64,000 bases of DNA from Microcoleus sp. (lineage in GTDB: Bacteria; Cyanobacteriota; Cyanobacteriia; Cyanobacteriales; Microcoleaceae). Positions 39,455-49,946 of the stretch are shown here, one piece after another. The stretch lies in contig JAYFMW010000008.1 in the NCBI GenBank assembly GCA_042408215.1, forward strand, positions 271,756-335,755, written 5' to 3'. The notes below the pieces were generated by a model that saw only the letters and a list, made by a program, of their open reading frames with translations, ran no database searches and was not told the DNA's origin. The translations under genes were made by a program, and so were the position numbers. Numbering within the stretch: the first letter of the stretch is position 1; each line of letters opens with the position of its first letter.

Positions 39455-40649
39455 GAGTCTTACAGGAAAGTGCAACGTAAGGAAGCGCGACTGTAAAGGT
39501 GGTGCCCATGCCGACTTTGCTTTCGCAGGCGATCGCACCTCCTTGCAATTCAACGGCTTTTTTGACAATAGTTAATCCTAAACCATTACCTTTAATCTTC
39601 CCAGTATTTTTGCACCGATAAAACATTTCAAATATTTTCCCTAATTCTGCTTCTGAAATGCCCATACCTTCGTCTCTAACGCGAAAAATTACTGAAGGAG
39701 ATTTAAGATTTGTCAAGTGAGAATTTGCAAATTGATAGTCAGGTTCTTTGTCTCCTGACTCTCCCTGACGATACTCCAATTCCAAGGTGATTTTGCCACC
39801 ATTGGGAGAATATTTCATGGCGTTGACGATTAAGTTGGAGAGAATGCTATGCAGTAATTGTTGATCTAAGATCGCACTGGTAACGTTTGATGGGATTAAT
39901 GTCAGTTGGTGCTGGGCTTCATTTCCTAACTGCAATTGCTCCAGCAAGTCTTGACAAAATTCAACTAAATTTATTGGTAATGGATGATATTTTAGTTGAC
40001 CTGCTTCGGCTTTACCCATGAACAGCATATCATCAATTAGCTGGTTCATTTTCTGGGTAGCTGAGTGGACGAGTCGCAGGGTTCTGGTTTTGGATGAGTC
40101 GTCGCTGTGAGTGCGATCGATCTCTAGGAGTTCAGCAGAGAGTAAAATTGCGTTGAGTGGGTTTCGCAATTCGTGGGCTACCATTGAGATATATTGGTTT
40201 TGGCGGCGCGCTTTTTCTTCAGCAGATTCTCTGGCTGCTTCTGAAATTTGGAGAGCTTGCCGCATTTTTACTTCGATTTCGCGTCTGTGCAGGGCAATCT
40301 CGATCGTCACCCGCAAGTCTTGTTGTTGAAATGGTTTGACTAGGTAGCCGAACGGATCTGTAAGTTTGGCTCTTTGCAGTGTTTTTTCGTCAGCATAAGC
40401 TGTTAAAAATACTGTTGGTACATTTGTATTGATTCTGATTTTTTCGGCTGCTGTTATGCCGTCCATGTCTCCTTTAAGCACGATGTCCATCAGCACTAAA
40501 TCTGGCTGGTTTTCGGCTACTTTTGCAATTGCTTCTTCCCCTGAAGGCACTGTAGCTGTTACTGCATAGCCCATTTTTTTTAATCTACCTGCTATGTCCT
40601 CGGCAACAATAATTTCGTCTTCTACAACTAAGATTTTGATCGGACTCAT
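39438..40649 (-). CDS. Hybrid response regulator-histidine kinase
   Basis: REC domain (ILVVEDE, VLMDI, YLVKPF), HisKA (AHELRNPL), HATPase (NAMKYS, DEGMG, GLGL). ATG at 40649. Confidence 0.92.
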   Translation of the reverse strand: MSPIKILVVEDEIIVAEDIAGRLKKMGYAVTATVPSGEEAIAKVAENQPDLVLMDIVLKGDMDGITAAEKIRINTNVPTVFLTAYADEKTLQRAKLTDPFGYLVKPFQQQDLRVTIEIALHRREIEVKMRQALQISEAARESAEEKARRQNQYISMVAHELRNPLNAILLSAELLEIDRTHSDDSSKTRTLRLVHSATQKMNQLIDDMLFMGKAEAGQLKYHPLPINLVEFCQDLLEQLQLGNEAQHQLTLIPSNVTSAILDQQLLHSILSNLIVNAMKYSPNGGKITLELEYRQGESGDKEPDYQFANSHLTNLKSPSVIFRVRDEGMGISEAELGKIFEMFYRCKNTGKIKGNGLGLTIVKKAVELQGGAIACESKVGMGTTFTVALPYVALSCKTHIKFG

Positions 40650-40654
40650 TTTTT

Positions 40655-43579
40655 TTAAATACGACGGCGGTAATTTAATTCTTTGAGAACAAGATTGTAA
40701 CAAGTTCCGTACTGACTGTCAATGGTCAGACTTCCATCTAATTGACTGGTCAACATCCTGACTAATCGTATTCCTAATGTTTCAGTATTTTCTACATCAA
40801 AATCAGCCGGGAATCCCACACCATTATCTTGAATAATTAAGTGAAATTGCTGAGAACTTATTTCACAAAACTTAATGTTTATTTCACCGGATATGCTGTA
40901 TGGAAAGGCATATTTTAAGGAATTGGAAACTAGCTCATTAATAATTAAACCGCAAGGAATGGCTGTTTCTATATTTAAAGAAATGGGGTCAATGTTGAGC
41001 TGAATTTGGATGGAACTGTTGCAGCAACCGAAAGATTGATACACATTAGCAACCAGATTTTCGACGTAGAGCGGAAGGTCAATGCGATCGAGATTTTCGG
41101 ATTGGTAAAGTTGCTCGTGAATCAGAGCCATTGAATGGATACGATTCTGGCTTTCTTCAAATAAAGATAGCGTCGTTTCGTCTTCGATGTATTGGGCTTG
41201 GAGTTGCAGCAGGCTGGAAACTACCTGCATATTATTTTTAACTCGGTGGTGAATTTCTTTGAGCAATATTTCTTTTTCCCGGAGTGCAGCTTGGATGCGG
41301 GCTTCTGTAAGTTTGCGATCGCTGATATCTTCGCAAATACCGGCAATGCGGTAAACTTTCCCCGACTCGTCATAAATGGGAAAAGCCCGATCGCACACCC
41401 AGCGAATTGTACCGTCTGGACGTACAATCCTATATTCAGTGCTAGTAGATTCACCAACCACGATGCGCTGAAAAGATTCCAGCAAAAGGTGTTTGTCTTC
41501 AGGATGTAGCCAATCTATCCAATTGCAGTTATTGGTGTACAATGCTTCGCGCGATCGCCCCCAGATTTGTTCGTAAGCTGGACTCACATACAAAATATCG
41601 GTCAATTCAACAGAAACTAGCCAGAAGGAATCTTGGATATTTTCTGCTAGCTGACGGAAGCGTTCTTCACTTTCGCGGAGAGCTTTTTCGGCTTGCTTGC
41701 GTTCGGTGGTGTCGCGGGAAACCCCGACAGTCATTACCACTTGACCTTCGGTGTTAAAAATCGGCGATTTAATTGTGTCGAAATAGTGGACTTCTCCGTC
41801 ACCACTTTTAATAGGTTCCTCTAATATTTGCCTCACTTGACCTGTGTTGAACACGCTGGTGTCGTCGAGGATATATTGCTGAGTATAATCGGGTTCTTGA
41901 AATTCAGTATCAACGATACCGATCAGTTCCGAATTTTCCATTTGGTAATAGTCGCGAAAGGCTTTGTTTGCCCAGATCATGCGGGACTGCGGCCCTTTTA
42001 CCAGGATCATATCTGTAATCGCGTCGAGGATTTGCTGGTACATTTGCTTGGCATCTTGTAGTTCTTTTTCTACGAGTTTTCGCTCGCTGATGTCTTCTGC
42101 AATGCCAACTATACGGTAGACTTCACCAGTTGGATTGGTAATCGGAAAAGCCCGATCGCGAATCCAGCGATTTTCGCCGTCTGGTTTAACTAATCGATAC
42201 TCTTCATCGTATTCGCCGCAGATTTGTTTTGGTAAAGCAGCAAGAATCCGGTCTCTATCTTCTGAATGAATCGGGTCTAAAAAAGACTTGGGTGCAGCGT
42301 ACAAGTCAGCGCGGCTTCTACCCCAAATTTTTTCGTAAGCGGGACTGATGTAAATCGTTTGATTTTTAGGAGTATCAGTGATCCAAAACACGCTTTCGAT
42401 ATTTTCTGCTAGCTGTCGAAACCGTTCTTCGCTTTCTTTAAGTGCTGCTTCTGCTTTTTTGCGTCCGCTAATATCGCGCTGCACTCCAAAATGCCCCAGG
42501 ATTCTGCCGTGAGTATCGTAAATGCAAATATAATCTCCTTCAACCCACATTTGAGTGCCGTCAAATTTGCGACTTTCACTTTCGATGTGAATTCTACCAG
42601 CCTCAAAAAAATTTTTAATTACCTCTCTGCTGTGAGTCATGTTGTCGCCAAAGAAATAGCTGAGCGAAGGGCAGATAAAATCTTCTCTGGTAGCCCCATA
42701 TTGAGCTAGCAAAGCATCGTTTACCTTCGTTACCCGCCCGCTAGCAAATACATAATCTAAGACTTTTTCCTGGTCAACTGTATCGTCCCACTGCACAGGT
42801 TTGTCCAGCATCATAAAGAAAAAGCCATCTAAAGATTGTGAAAAAAACAATTCTAATTGTTGCTGACTCTCCCGCAGGGCTTCTTCGGCGCGCCAGTGTT
42901 CGATCATTTCTTCGCGCAATTGTTGGTTGGAGGCATTTAATACGGCGCTTTGCTTTTTGTATTTGATTTCTAGAGCTGTTTTCAGCCGTTCCATCCCTAT
43001 TAGTGCCTGCTTTTGTTCTGTAATCTCTTGGGTAACAACCATCCCGGCCAAGATTTCTGACCGCTCGTTTTTGACGGGAACAACTGTTATTGAATAAATG
43101 CGATCGCCATATTTATATTCAAAAGTATGCTCTTTTCCTGCCAAAGCAGCGCGATATTTGGATTCAAAAAGTTGCAAATCTTCTGGTGGGACTACTTCCT
43201 GCAAAGTTTTGCCTTCCAAGTTTTCTGTGGACCAGCCAATTACTGCCAAACCTTGACCGTCAGCCAGAGTGTAGCGCAAATCTCGATCGAACAAACATAC
43301 CCAGCCGTTCGGATAGTTTTCGATCACAATTCGGTAAATTTCCTGACTTTTTTGGAGAGATGCGATTAACCCAATTCGCTCCTCGGTGAGTTCAAATTCA
43401 GTTGCGGAACCCGAAGCACACCCATAATCGACTGCTTTGAGTTGTGTCCGTAAATTTACGCACAATTCTTTCTGTTGCTGTAACTCCTCTTCGAGTTGCC
43501 GGATTTTGACTTTTTGCTCTGCTACTAATGCTTCGCAGGTGTCAAGAGGTCGATCGCCGCCTGTGGGATTAATACACAT
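40655..43579 (-). CDS. Multi-PAS histidine kinase (HisKA_2 type)
   Basis: About 5 PAS/PAC units, EIHHRVKNNMQ, ELVSNSLKYAF, DNGVG. Confidence 0.92.
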   Translation of the reverse strand: MCINPTGGDRPLDTCEALVAEQKVKIRQLEEELQQQKELCVNLRTQLKAVDYGCASGSATEFELTEERIGLIASLQKSQEIYRIVIENYPNGWVCLFDRDLRYTLADGQGLAVIGWSTENLEGKTLQEVVPPEDLQLFESKYRAALAGKEHTFEYKYGDRIYSITVVPVKNERSEILAGMVVTQEITEQKQALIGMERLKTALEIKYKKQSAVLNASNQQLREEMIEHWRAEEALRESQQQLELFFSQSLDGFFFMMLDKPVQWDDTVDQEKVLDYVFASGRVTKVNDALLAQYGATREDFICPSLSYFFGDNMTHSREVIKNFFEAGRIHIESESRKFDGTQMWVEGDYICIYDTHGRILGHFGVQRDISGRKKAEAALKESEERFRQLAENIESVFWITDTPKNQTIYISPAYEKIWGRSRADLYAAPKSFLDPIHSEDRDRILAALPKQICGEYDEEYRLVKPDGENRWIRDRAFPITNPTGEVYRIVGIAEDISERKLVEKELQDAKQMYQQILDAITDMILVKGPQSRMIWANKAFRDYYQMENSELIGIVDTEFQEPDYTQQYILDDTSVFNTGQVRQILEEPIKSGDGEVHYFDTIKSPIFNTEGQVVMTVGVSRDTTERKQAEKALRESEERFRQLAENIQDSFWLVSVELTDILYVSPAYEQIWGRSREALYTNNCNWIDWLHPEDKHLLLESFQRIVVGESTSTEYRIVRPDGTIRWVCDRAFPIYDESGKVYRIAGICEDISDRKLTEARIQAALREKEILLKEIHHRVKNNMQVVSSLLQLQAQYIEDETTLSLFEESQNRIHSMALIHEQLYQSENLDRIDLPLYVENLVANVYQSFGCCNSSIQIQLNIDPISLNIETAIPCGLIINELVSNSLKYAFPYSISGEINIKFCEISSQQFHLIIQDNGVGFPADFDVENTETLGIRLVRMLTSQLDGSLTIDSQYGTCYNLVLKELNYRRRI

Positions 43580-43678
43580 ACTGGGTAATTAATTTGCAGT
43601 TCCAGACTTGAGTTTTTTTAAGCCTAACATTAACAGGACTAAAGCCAAGTGTCACACTTAAATCAACTTGTCGGGTGC

Positions 43679-43798
43679 GTCATATCAAATCCTCTCTTCA
43701 TCGGAATAGTAAATTTGAGTTAACTGTTAACTGTCAACCGTCAACCGTCAACCGTCAACAATCACCTGACGGTGCCACCGGAATTGATATCAGACTTT
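43679..43798. repeat. ~110-bp element with an inverted copy at 44438-44543, flanking the pepP relic
   Basis: atcaaatcctctcttcatcgg...cacctgacggtgc.accggaattgat matches the reverse complement of 44438-44543. The copies differ in the number of internal 7-mers. Confidence 0.85.
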
Positions 43799-43874
43799 GG
43801 TTATAGAGCGATTATTGAGGATTTAGCCTAGTAGAGCTACTCTATGTGCTGTTTTTAGAGCCTTCAGATCTCTT

Positions 43875-44298
43875 CTACTTAATAATTACCGCTGTCAAGA
43901 CTTCATGACTGTCAACCGTTACCAAAACATCATCTTCAATTCTAATGCCAATACCGCGCCAGTTTTCGGGAACCTCCGGCGGCCGTGGGGCGAGTTTAAT
44001 CTGAGGAGAAATATAAATTCCCGGTTCCACCGTCAGCACTTGTCCAGGCTGCAAAACTTGCGGATTTTCACCGTACTGATAGCACAAATTTGTGTTCTTC
44101 GTGGTGCGGTGCGATCGCTGCTACTGCTGAAGCTTCGTTAAAACCTGTTAAGTAGAAAAAATCGCTATCTTGTCGGTATGTGTATGCTACATCGTTGTGC
44201 ATAACGGCCATTGGCGCGCTGCGAAATATCGCCGTACCAGTGCCGATTTTTGCCATTAATTGTTCGCGTCTTTGTCGGTATTCTGTGGGATTGGTCAT
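43875..44298 (-). pseudogene. pepP: Xaa-Pro aminopeptidase relic with a large internal deletion
   Basis: N-terminal EYRQRREQLM...RQDSDFFYLTGF is joined out of frame to C-terminal LTVEPGIY...[13 protein letters not shown]. Confidence 0.85.
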
Positions 44299-44710
44299 CC
44301 GATTTGAGATTTGAGATTTGAGATTTGAGATCGATCAGTCCTGGACGCGAACTGGCACATAAGGTAGGGTGCGTCAGTTGGGAAAAACCTAATTTTTCGT
44401 ACTCAACTCAAGACGCTCCGCACCATACAGCGTGGTTAAAGTGTGAGATCAATTCCGGTTGCACCGTCAGGTGATTGTTGACGGTTGACGGTTGACAGTT
44501 AACTCGAATTTACTATGCCGATGAAGAGAGGATTTGATCTGACAATTGCGTCCAGGAATGTTGATTTTAATATTAACATTCGGCGGTTGAAACCGCTTCT
44601 ACACAGACAAAACCCGCTATGAGGCGGGTTGAATTTCTTTAGTCCGCTTGGAGTGGACTTCGTTTGTGTAGAAGCGAATTCTATTCGCCCTGAATATTCG
44701 CCCTAACTTT

Positions 44711-46597
44711 TTAAAGTTGAGGAACGTATTGTTCTTTTTCTGGCACAAAAGTGTACTCAGCTACAATTTGCCGGAATTCTTCGCCGTCGATGGTTTCTTT
44801 TTCAATCAACAAATCCACTAGGCGATCGATCGCGGTGCGATTGTCGCGAATAATCCGGCGCGCATCTTCGTAGCAGTGATCGACAATTGCTCGAACTTGT
44901 CCGTCAATCCGAGAGGCTATTTCTTCGGAATATTCCGATCGCGCTGTGTAGTCGCGGCCGAGGAAAATTTCGCTTTGCTGAGCTTCCAAGGCGATGGGGC
45001 CCAAGGTAGACATCCCGTAGCGAGTCACCATTTGGCGCGCCATACCGCTGACTTGCTGCAAGTCGTTGCCGGCACCGGTGGTAACTTCGGCATCGCCGAA
45101 AACTACTTCCTCCGCTGCGCGGCCGCCCAAAGCACCGCTAATCCGTGCCAAAATTTGCGATCGAGAAATCAAACCTTGGTCTTCGCTGGGCATAAACCAA
45201 GTTAAACCACGGGCTTGTCCGCGAGGGACTAAAGTTACTTTTTGTACGGGATCGTGGGCTTGAATGACGGTACCAACGATCGCGTGACCGATTTCGTGGT
45301 AAGCAATTAAGCGCTTGCTCTTGCTATCCACCAAAGGAGTGCCTTCCATACCTGCGACTACTCGATCGACTGCATCGTCAATTTCGAGCATCGTAATCGC
45401 TTCTTTCCGGCGACGGGCGGTTAAAATGGCAGCTTCGTTCAGCAAGTTGGCCAAATCAGCACCGGTAAAGCCAGGAGTCCGGCGGGCGATCGCGTCCAAA
45501 GAAATATCGGGGCCTAGTTTTTTGTTGCGCGCGTGAACATCCAAAATCTCCAACCTGCCCTTGATATCCGGCGTATCTACGCTAACTTGGCGGTCAAAAC
45601 GTCCCGGCCGCAGCAAAGCAGAGTCGAGCACGTCAGGGCGGTTTGTGGCAGCAATGATGATAATTCCAGTATTGCCCTCAAAACCGTCCATTTCCGTCAG
45701 CAACTGGTTGAGGGTTTGTTCGCGCTCGTCGTTGCCGCCACCGATGCCACCGCCCCGCTGACGACCCACGGCGTCAATTTCATCAATAAATATGATGCAA
45801 GGAGCATTTTCCTTCGCTTTCTTAAACAAGTCGCGGACGCGGGAAGCGCCGACACCTACGAACATTTCGACAAATTCTGAACCGGAGATGCTGAAGAAAG
45901 GCACGCCTGCTTCGCCTGCGATCGCTTTGGCCAGCAGAGTTTTGCCGGTTCCCGGAGGGCCAACTAGGAGCACGCCTTTGGGAATTTTGGCTCCGATCGC
46001 GGTGAAGCGTTCTGGCTTTTTGAGGAATGTCACGACTTCTTGAAGTTCTTCTTTGGCTTCTTCAACGCCGGCTACATCGTCGAACAGTACGCCGGTCTTA
46101 GCTTCCATTTGAAAGCGAGCTTTGGACTTGCCAAAATTCATGGCTTGGCCTGGGCCGCCTGGTACGTTGCCGCCGCGGCGGAATAGGAAAAACAGCCCTC
46201 CCACCAACAGCAGGGGAAAAACGAGATTGCCTAAGAGTCCCCACACAGCGCCGTCGTTACGCAGCGGGTGAGTGTCGAAGCTGATTTGGGAGGCTCTGAG
46301 TCGAGAAACCAGTTCCGGGGCATTGGAGGGTAAATCCACTCGCCACCGCTGTTCGTGATTGTCCAGTTCGGGATCGACTGCTAGGATAATAGCCGTCCGA
46401 CCTCCGTCGTAAAGGTCAACGCTGGTGACTCGACCGGCGTTTAAGTAATCTAAGAATCGACCGTAGCTCAGGCGGGTGCTGGCGGTGTTCTTGCTATTTT
46501 CGGTGGCGGATGTTGCAAAAGCCCCTTGCCACAGGAAAAAGCCGATGACTAAGGCGGGTAAAGTCCAAAGTAGTATAGTTCGCCAAGAAATTTTCAT
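44711..46597 (-). CDS. ftsH: ATP-dependent zinc metalloprotease FtsH (FtsH2-like)
   Basis: [29 protein letters not shown]. Confidence 0.96.
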   Translation of the reverse strand: MKISWRTILLWTLPALVIGFFLWQGAFATSATENSKNTASTRLSYGRFLDYLNAGRVTSVDLYDGGRTAIILAVDPELDNHEQRWRVDLPSNAPELVSRLRASQISFDTHPLRNDGAVWGLLGNLVFPLLLVGGLFFLFRRGGNVPGGPGQAMNFGKSKARFQMEAKTGVLFDDVAGVEEAKEELQEVVTFLKKPERFTAIGAKIPKGVLLVGPPGTGKTLLAKAIAGEAGVPFFSISGSEFVEMFVGVGASRVRDLFKKAKENAPCIIFIDEIDAVGRQRGGGIGGGNDEREQTLNQLLTEMDGFEGNTGIIIIAATNRPDVLDSALLRPGRFDRQVSVDTPDIKGRLEILDVHARNKKLGPDISLDAIARRTPGFTGADLANLLNEAAILTARRRKEAITMLEIDDAVDRVVAGMEGTPLVDSKSKRLIAYHEIGHAIVGTVIQAHDPVQKVTLVPRGQARGLTWFMPSEDQGLISRSQILARISGALGGRAAEEVVFGDAEVTTGAGNDLQQVSGMARQMVTRYGMSTLGPIALEAQQSEIFLGRDYTARSEYSEEIASRIDGQVRAIVDHCYEDARRIIRDNRTAIDRLVDLLIEKETIDGEEFRQIVAEYTFVPEKEQYVPQL

Positions 46598-46901
46598 AAA
46601 TACGGGGGCCTCAAGATGTGGACAAATCGGGTAAGATCGCGGTGTCGGGGATGTGAGATAAAAGTTAACACTCAGAATCTTAACTAAATGTAACTTAACA
46701 ATGCACTCTCAGGCAACAGGGCATGGCTGTGGCGATCGAGCATAGGACTCACCGAAAGCATCCAGGGTACAAAGCCCTCGGTACAGGTCGCTCTTGTCGC
46801 CTCTCAAATCTCAAATCTCAAATCTCAAATCTAAAATCCATTAAGGGCGATCGTCCCGAATATAATATTTGGTGCTGATTCCAATACCGATCTAGGTAAA
46901 G

Positions 46902-46950
46902 TTAGAAAAATCGCGGCAAAACCCACTGTATTTAAGCGTGGCAGTGTCAA
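46902..46950 (+). mobile_element. Minimal fused left-end/right-end scar of an IS200/IS605 element
   Basis: TTAG|aaaaatcgcggcaaaacccac...gtggcagtgTCAA: target tetramer, single degenerate hairpin, and the same agtgTCAA terminus as the other elements. Confidence 0.5.
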
Positions 46951-46997
46951 GGGATAAGGCATGATAATGGTGAGGCTCAGTGAGGTAACACATTTCA

Positions 46998-48080
46998 ATG
47001 ACAACTAGACAGCTTGTTCCTAATTCGGCTATGCTGACCCAGCAGACTAAAATCTCTTCTCACAGATCGATTATTAGTGCTGATTTGGGTCGCACGGCAA
47101 CTAAAGCTTGCGTGAGTCGCAACCCGAGTGGTGTTGTTTTCATCCCCGCCAACGTACTTTCTATGCCGGTGGAAAAGGTGCGGGGCGGCAGCTTTGAGTC
47201 CAAAGCAACAGACCCTCTGTTGGATATGTGGCTGGAGTACCAGGGCAAGGGTTACGCTATAGGCCAACTGGCGGCGGATTTTGGCGCTAATCTCGGCGGT
47301 GCTGACCAGTCTAAAGTAGTGGATGCTTTGGTTAAGGTTTTTTCCTGTGCTGGATATTTCCAAATGAAAGGCGAAATAGCAGTTGTGCTGGGTTTGCCGT
47401 TTTATTCGCAGGATCAGTTTGAGAAGGAAAAGGAAGAAATTGTCAGCCAACTGCGCTCTCCGCACGTTATGGTTTACCGGGGCGAGCGCGTGGATCTTAA
47501 CATCAGCCACGTTTGGGTGATGCCGGAAGGGTTCGGCAGCCTGATTTGGTGCGAGGCTCAAGACAACAAGGAGTTTTCGCCGGAGTTGCCAGAACTATCT
47601 GTGGCTGTTGTCGATATCGGACATCAAACTACTGATTTGTTGATGGTCGATCGTTTCCGATTCGCCCGGGCCGCTTCTAAGAGTGATTCCTTTGCTATGA
47701 ATAAGTTCTACGAACAAGTTGCTGCAAAGATTCCGGGAGCCGATGCTCAATCTCTGTCTTTACTTGAAGCCGTTAACAAGTCTGAAGGCAACCGTTTCTA
47801 CCGTCCTAGAGGAGCTACTAAGCCAACTAATTTAGATCCGATTATTAAGGATTTGCGGGAGAGTTTCGCTAACGAATTGTCCGAACGTTTGGTGCAGTGG
47901 CTACCGGAACGGGTGACGGATGTGGTTCTGACTGGTGGCGGTGGCGAATTTTTCTGGGAGGTTCTCCAACCCTTGCTCAGAGAAGCCAATCTCAAGGCTC
48001 ACTTGGCTCAGCCTTCTCGGAAAGCAAATGCTTTAGGACAGTATATTTATGCTGAGGCTCAGCTAGCCACCATTAAGTAA
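46998..48080 (+). CDS. parM: ParM/StbA-family actin-like ATPase (chromosomal)
   Basis: Actin motifs ADLGRTATK (phosphate 1), VMPEG, VDIGHQTTD (phosphate 2), LTGGGG (adenosine), ANALG. Confidence 0.85.
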   Translation: MTTRQLVPNSAMLTQQTKISSHRSIISADLGRTATKACVSRNPSGVVFIPANVLSMPVEKVRGGSFESKATDPLLDMWLEYQGKGYAIGQLAADFGANLGGADQSKVVDALVKVFSCAGYFQMKGEIAVVLGLPFYSQDQFEKEKEEIVSQLRSPHVMVYRGERVDLNISHVWVMPEGFGSLIWCEAQDNKEFSPELPELSVAVVDIGHQTTDLLMVDRFRFARAASKSDSFAMNKFYEQVAAKIPGADAQSLSLLEAVNKSEGNRFYRPRGATKPTNLDPIIKDLRESFANELSERLVQWLPERVTDVVLTGGGGEFFWEVLQPLLREANLKAHLAQPSRKANALGQYIYAEAQLATIK

Positions 48081-48100
48081 CGCATTAAGGCTTGAACCCT

Positions 48101-48631
48101 ATGGCACTGTGGGCAAAAAATAAGGCGAATTTCTCGGTGGCGTTTACGGAAGATGCTGCGGATCAAACTTTGCTGGCCGCTATTGAAAAAGATCTGGCTG
48201 TGACTAGGTATCAGACTTTCAGCAATCTCTGCAAGCAAGCTCTGTGGCAGTTTTTGTCTGTGTCTGAGTCTGAGTCTGAGTCGGCGGGTTCTACACCTAG
48301 CTTTCAGCGGTTGGAACAGCGTATTGCTGAACTTGCGGTCAAATTTGCTGAGTTCGAGCACAATGTTTCCGCTGAGGAATTAAGCCGTTTGGAGGGACTG
48401 GAACATCACCTGAATCAACTCAGCGCGCAGTTGTCGCAGTTGCAGGGGAGTGTTGATGCTAAGTTTGCTCAAGTTTCTTTTGCCAAAGTTTCAAAAGTAG
48501 TAGAGCCTGACGCGGTTGAGTCTGAGTCTGTAGCAGATCAGAATGTAGTTTCTGATGCTGAGGTTGCTCCTCGTCGGCAATCCGATCCTTTGTTGGATCG
48601 TTTAAGTTCTTTGTTACCGCAAGATTTCTAA
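48101..48631 (+). CDS. ParR-like adaptor (RHH-like N-terminus, coiled coil, C-terminal amphipathic helix)
   Basis: Starts 20 bp after parM. FSVAF..DQTLLAAIEKDL..FSNLCKQALWQFL, heptad repeats, DPLLDRLSSLL terminus. Confidence 0.65.
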   Translation: MALWAKNKANFSVAFTEDAADQTLLAAIEKDLAVTRYQTFSNLCKQALWQFLSVSESESESAGSTPSFQRLEQRIAELAVKFAEFEHNVSAEELSRLEGLEHHLNQLSAQLSQLQGSVDAKFAQVSFAKVSKVVEPDAVESESVADQNVVSDAEVAPRRQSDPLLDRLSSLLPQDF

Positions 48632-48804
48632 AATGAGGTAGCCAAGGTTTTTTAGCCTTGAGATGTGCTGTTAGTGGCTGGCTGTTGTCAGCCAGTTCTG
48701 AATAAATAAACAAGGCGATCGCTCTTTTGAAAAAAATGGCGATCGTTTTGTTATTGCCGATTTGAGATTTGAGATTTGAGATTTGAGAATTACTCACCTG
48801 AGTG

Positions 48805-49713
48805 TCAATCCATTAATCCTAATTTTTGCAATCGTGAACGAATCGCCCCAGATTGTCTCTGAAATTTCTTTGCTAATTCGCCAATTTGTTGACCGCTAGC
48901 ATATTCATTCTTCAACTTCTCATCTTCTTCTCGACTCCACTTGACATAAGCTCTGGGATACTTCTGACGAATTTTCTCAACATCGTAGGTTTTAGGTCGA
49001 TCGGCCTTATTTTGAGCGACAGAACTCTCAGGTTGAGAATTGCGATCGCCTACGGCTGACTGCACGCGGTTAGGAATAGCAGCAATTTCTTGAGATACCA
49101 GCCCCAAAGCATTTTCTACTTGTTGCTGAAGTTCTGTTAGCTGCCGTTGCTGCAAATTTCCCCACTGTGGCAGTTCGTTGATAAACTGCTGCAAATCGAG
49201 CATTATTGTTGTCAAAGTTTCGATTTGTGCTAACTCCGGCCGCTGTTTGAATTGGCGGCCGATCAGATCGATCTCGCTTTGAATCATTTTAATAGTTTTT
49301 TCTAAAATTATTAGCCGCTGACGCAGATTCTCAACTGCTGAAATTAGAGAATGTACGTTTTCTCCTGGCTGAACATTGAGATTTTCGCTCTGAGTTTGAG
49401 AGATCGCCTCGTCTAAAGACTTGATGACAGTTTGTAACTGCTCGATCGCCCGATCGGTGGTAGCGGCTTGTTGATTTACCCGATCGAACGTTGAGGCCGT
49501 ACTAGCCCTAACTTGTCGCTGCAACTTTTGCCGGTTAACAAAATTCAACAGTAGCGAAATTACTACCGGCACCTCCGCATAGACGCTTTGCTGCCAAACC
49601 AAACTAGCAGCCAATCCAACCGCAGAGGCAGCCAGAAAAACCAATTCAGCAGTTTCTAACAAATTGCTCGCTGTGGAATTTTGGATTTTGGTTGGTGAAT
49701 TGGATGAGGACAT
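48805..49713 (-). CDS. Membrane-anchored coiled-coil protein with a C-terminal Myb/HTH-like domain
   Basis: Two N-terminal hydrophobic helices, a long coiled coil, and [16 protein letters not shown]...[19 protein letters not shown]. Confidence 0.6.
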   Translation of the reverse strand: MSSSNSPTKIQNSTASNLLETAELVFLAASAVGLAASLVWQQSVYAEVPVVISLLLNFVNRQKLQRQVRASTASTFDRVNQQAATTDRAIEQLQTVIKSLDEAISQTQSENLNVQPGENVHSLISAVENLRQRLIILEKTIKMIQSEIDLIGRQFKQRPELAQIETLTTIMLDLQQFINELPQWGNLQQRQLTELQQQVENALGLVSQEIAAIPNRVQSAVGDRNSQPESSVAQNKADRPKTYDVEKIRQKYPRAYVKWSREEDEKLKNEYASGQQIGELAKKFQRQSGAIRSRLQKLGLMD

Positions 49714-49748
49714 ATGTTAAGTATGTGGGTAAAGTTAAAGTGCGATCG

Positions 49749-49880
49749 AATTGGGAATTGGGAATTGGGAATTGGGAATTGGGAATTGGGAATTGGGAAT
49801 TGGGAATTGTTAATTGGGAATTGGAAATTGGGAATTGGGAATTGTTAATTGGGAATTGTTAATTCGTAATTCGTAATTGA
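49749..49880. repeat. Heptameric STRR array (aattggg)
   Basis: Tandem 7-mers. Confidence 0.9.
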
Positions 49881-49946
49881 TAGGCTGTACATCACCGAAT
49901 TTAAAATTACTAGGGGTTTTTTATTATGCCAATTTACTTAAATATG

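Noticed and set aside
46802..46838. (tctcaaa)n upstream of parM as a parC centromere
   Set aside because: The same heptamer occurs at about 44300, 48759 and 55835 in unrelated contexts, so it is a generic STRR.
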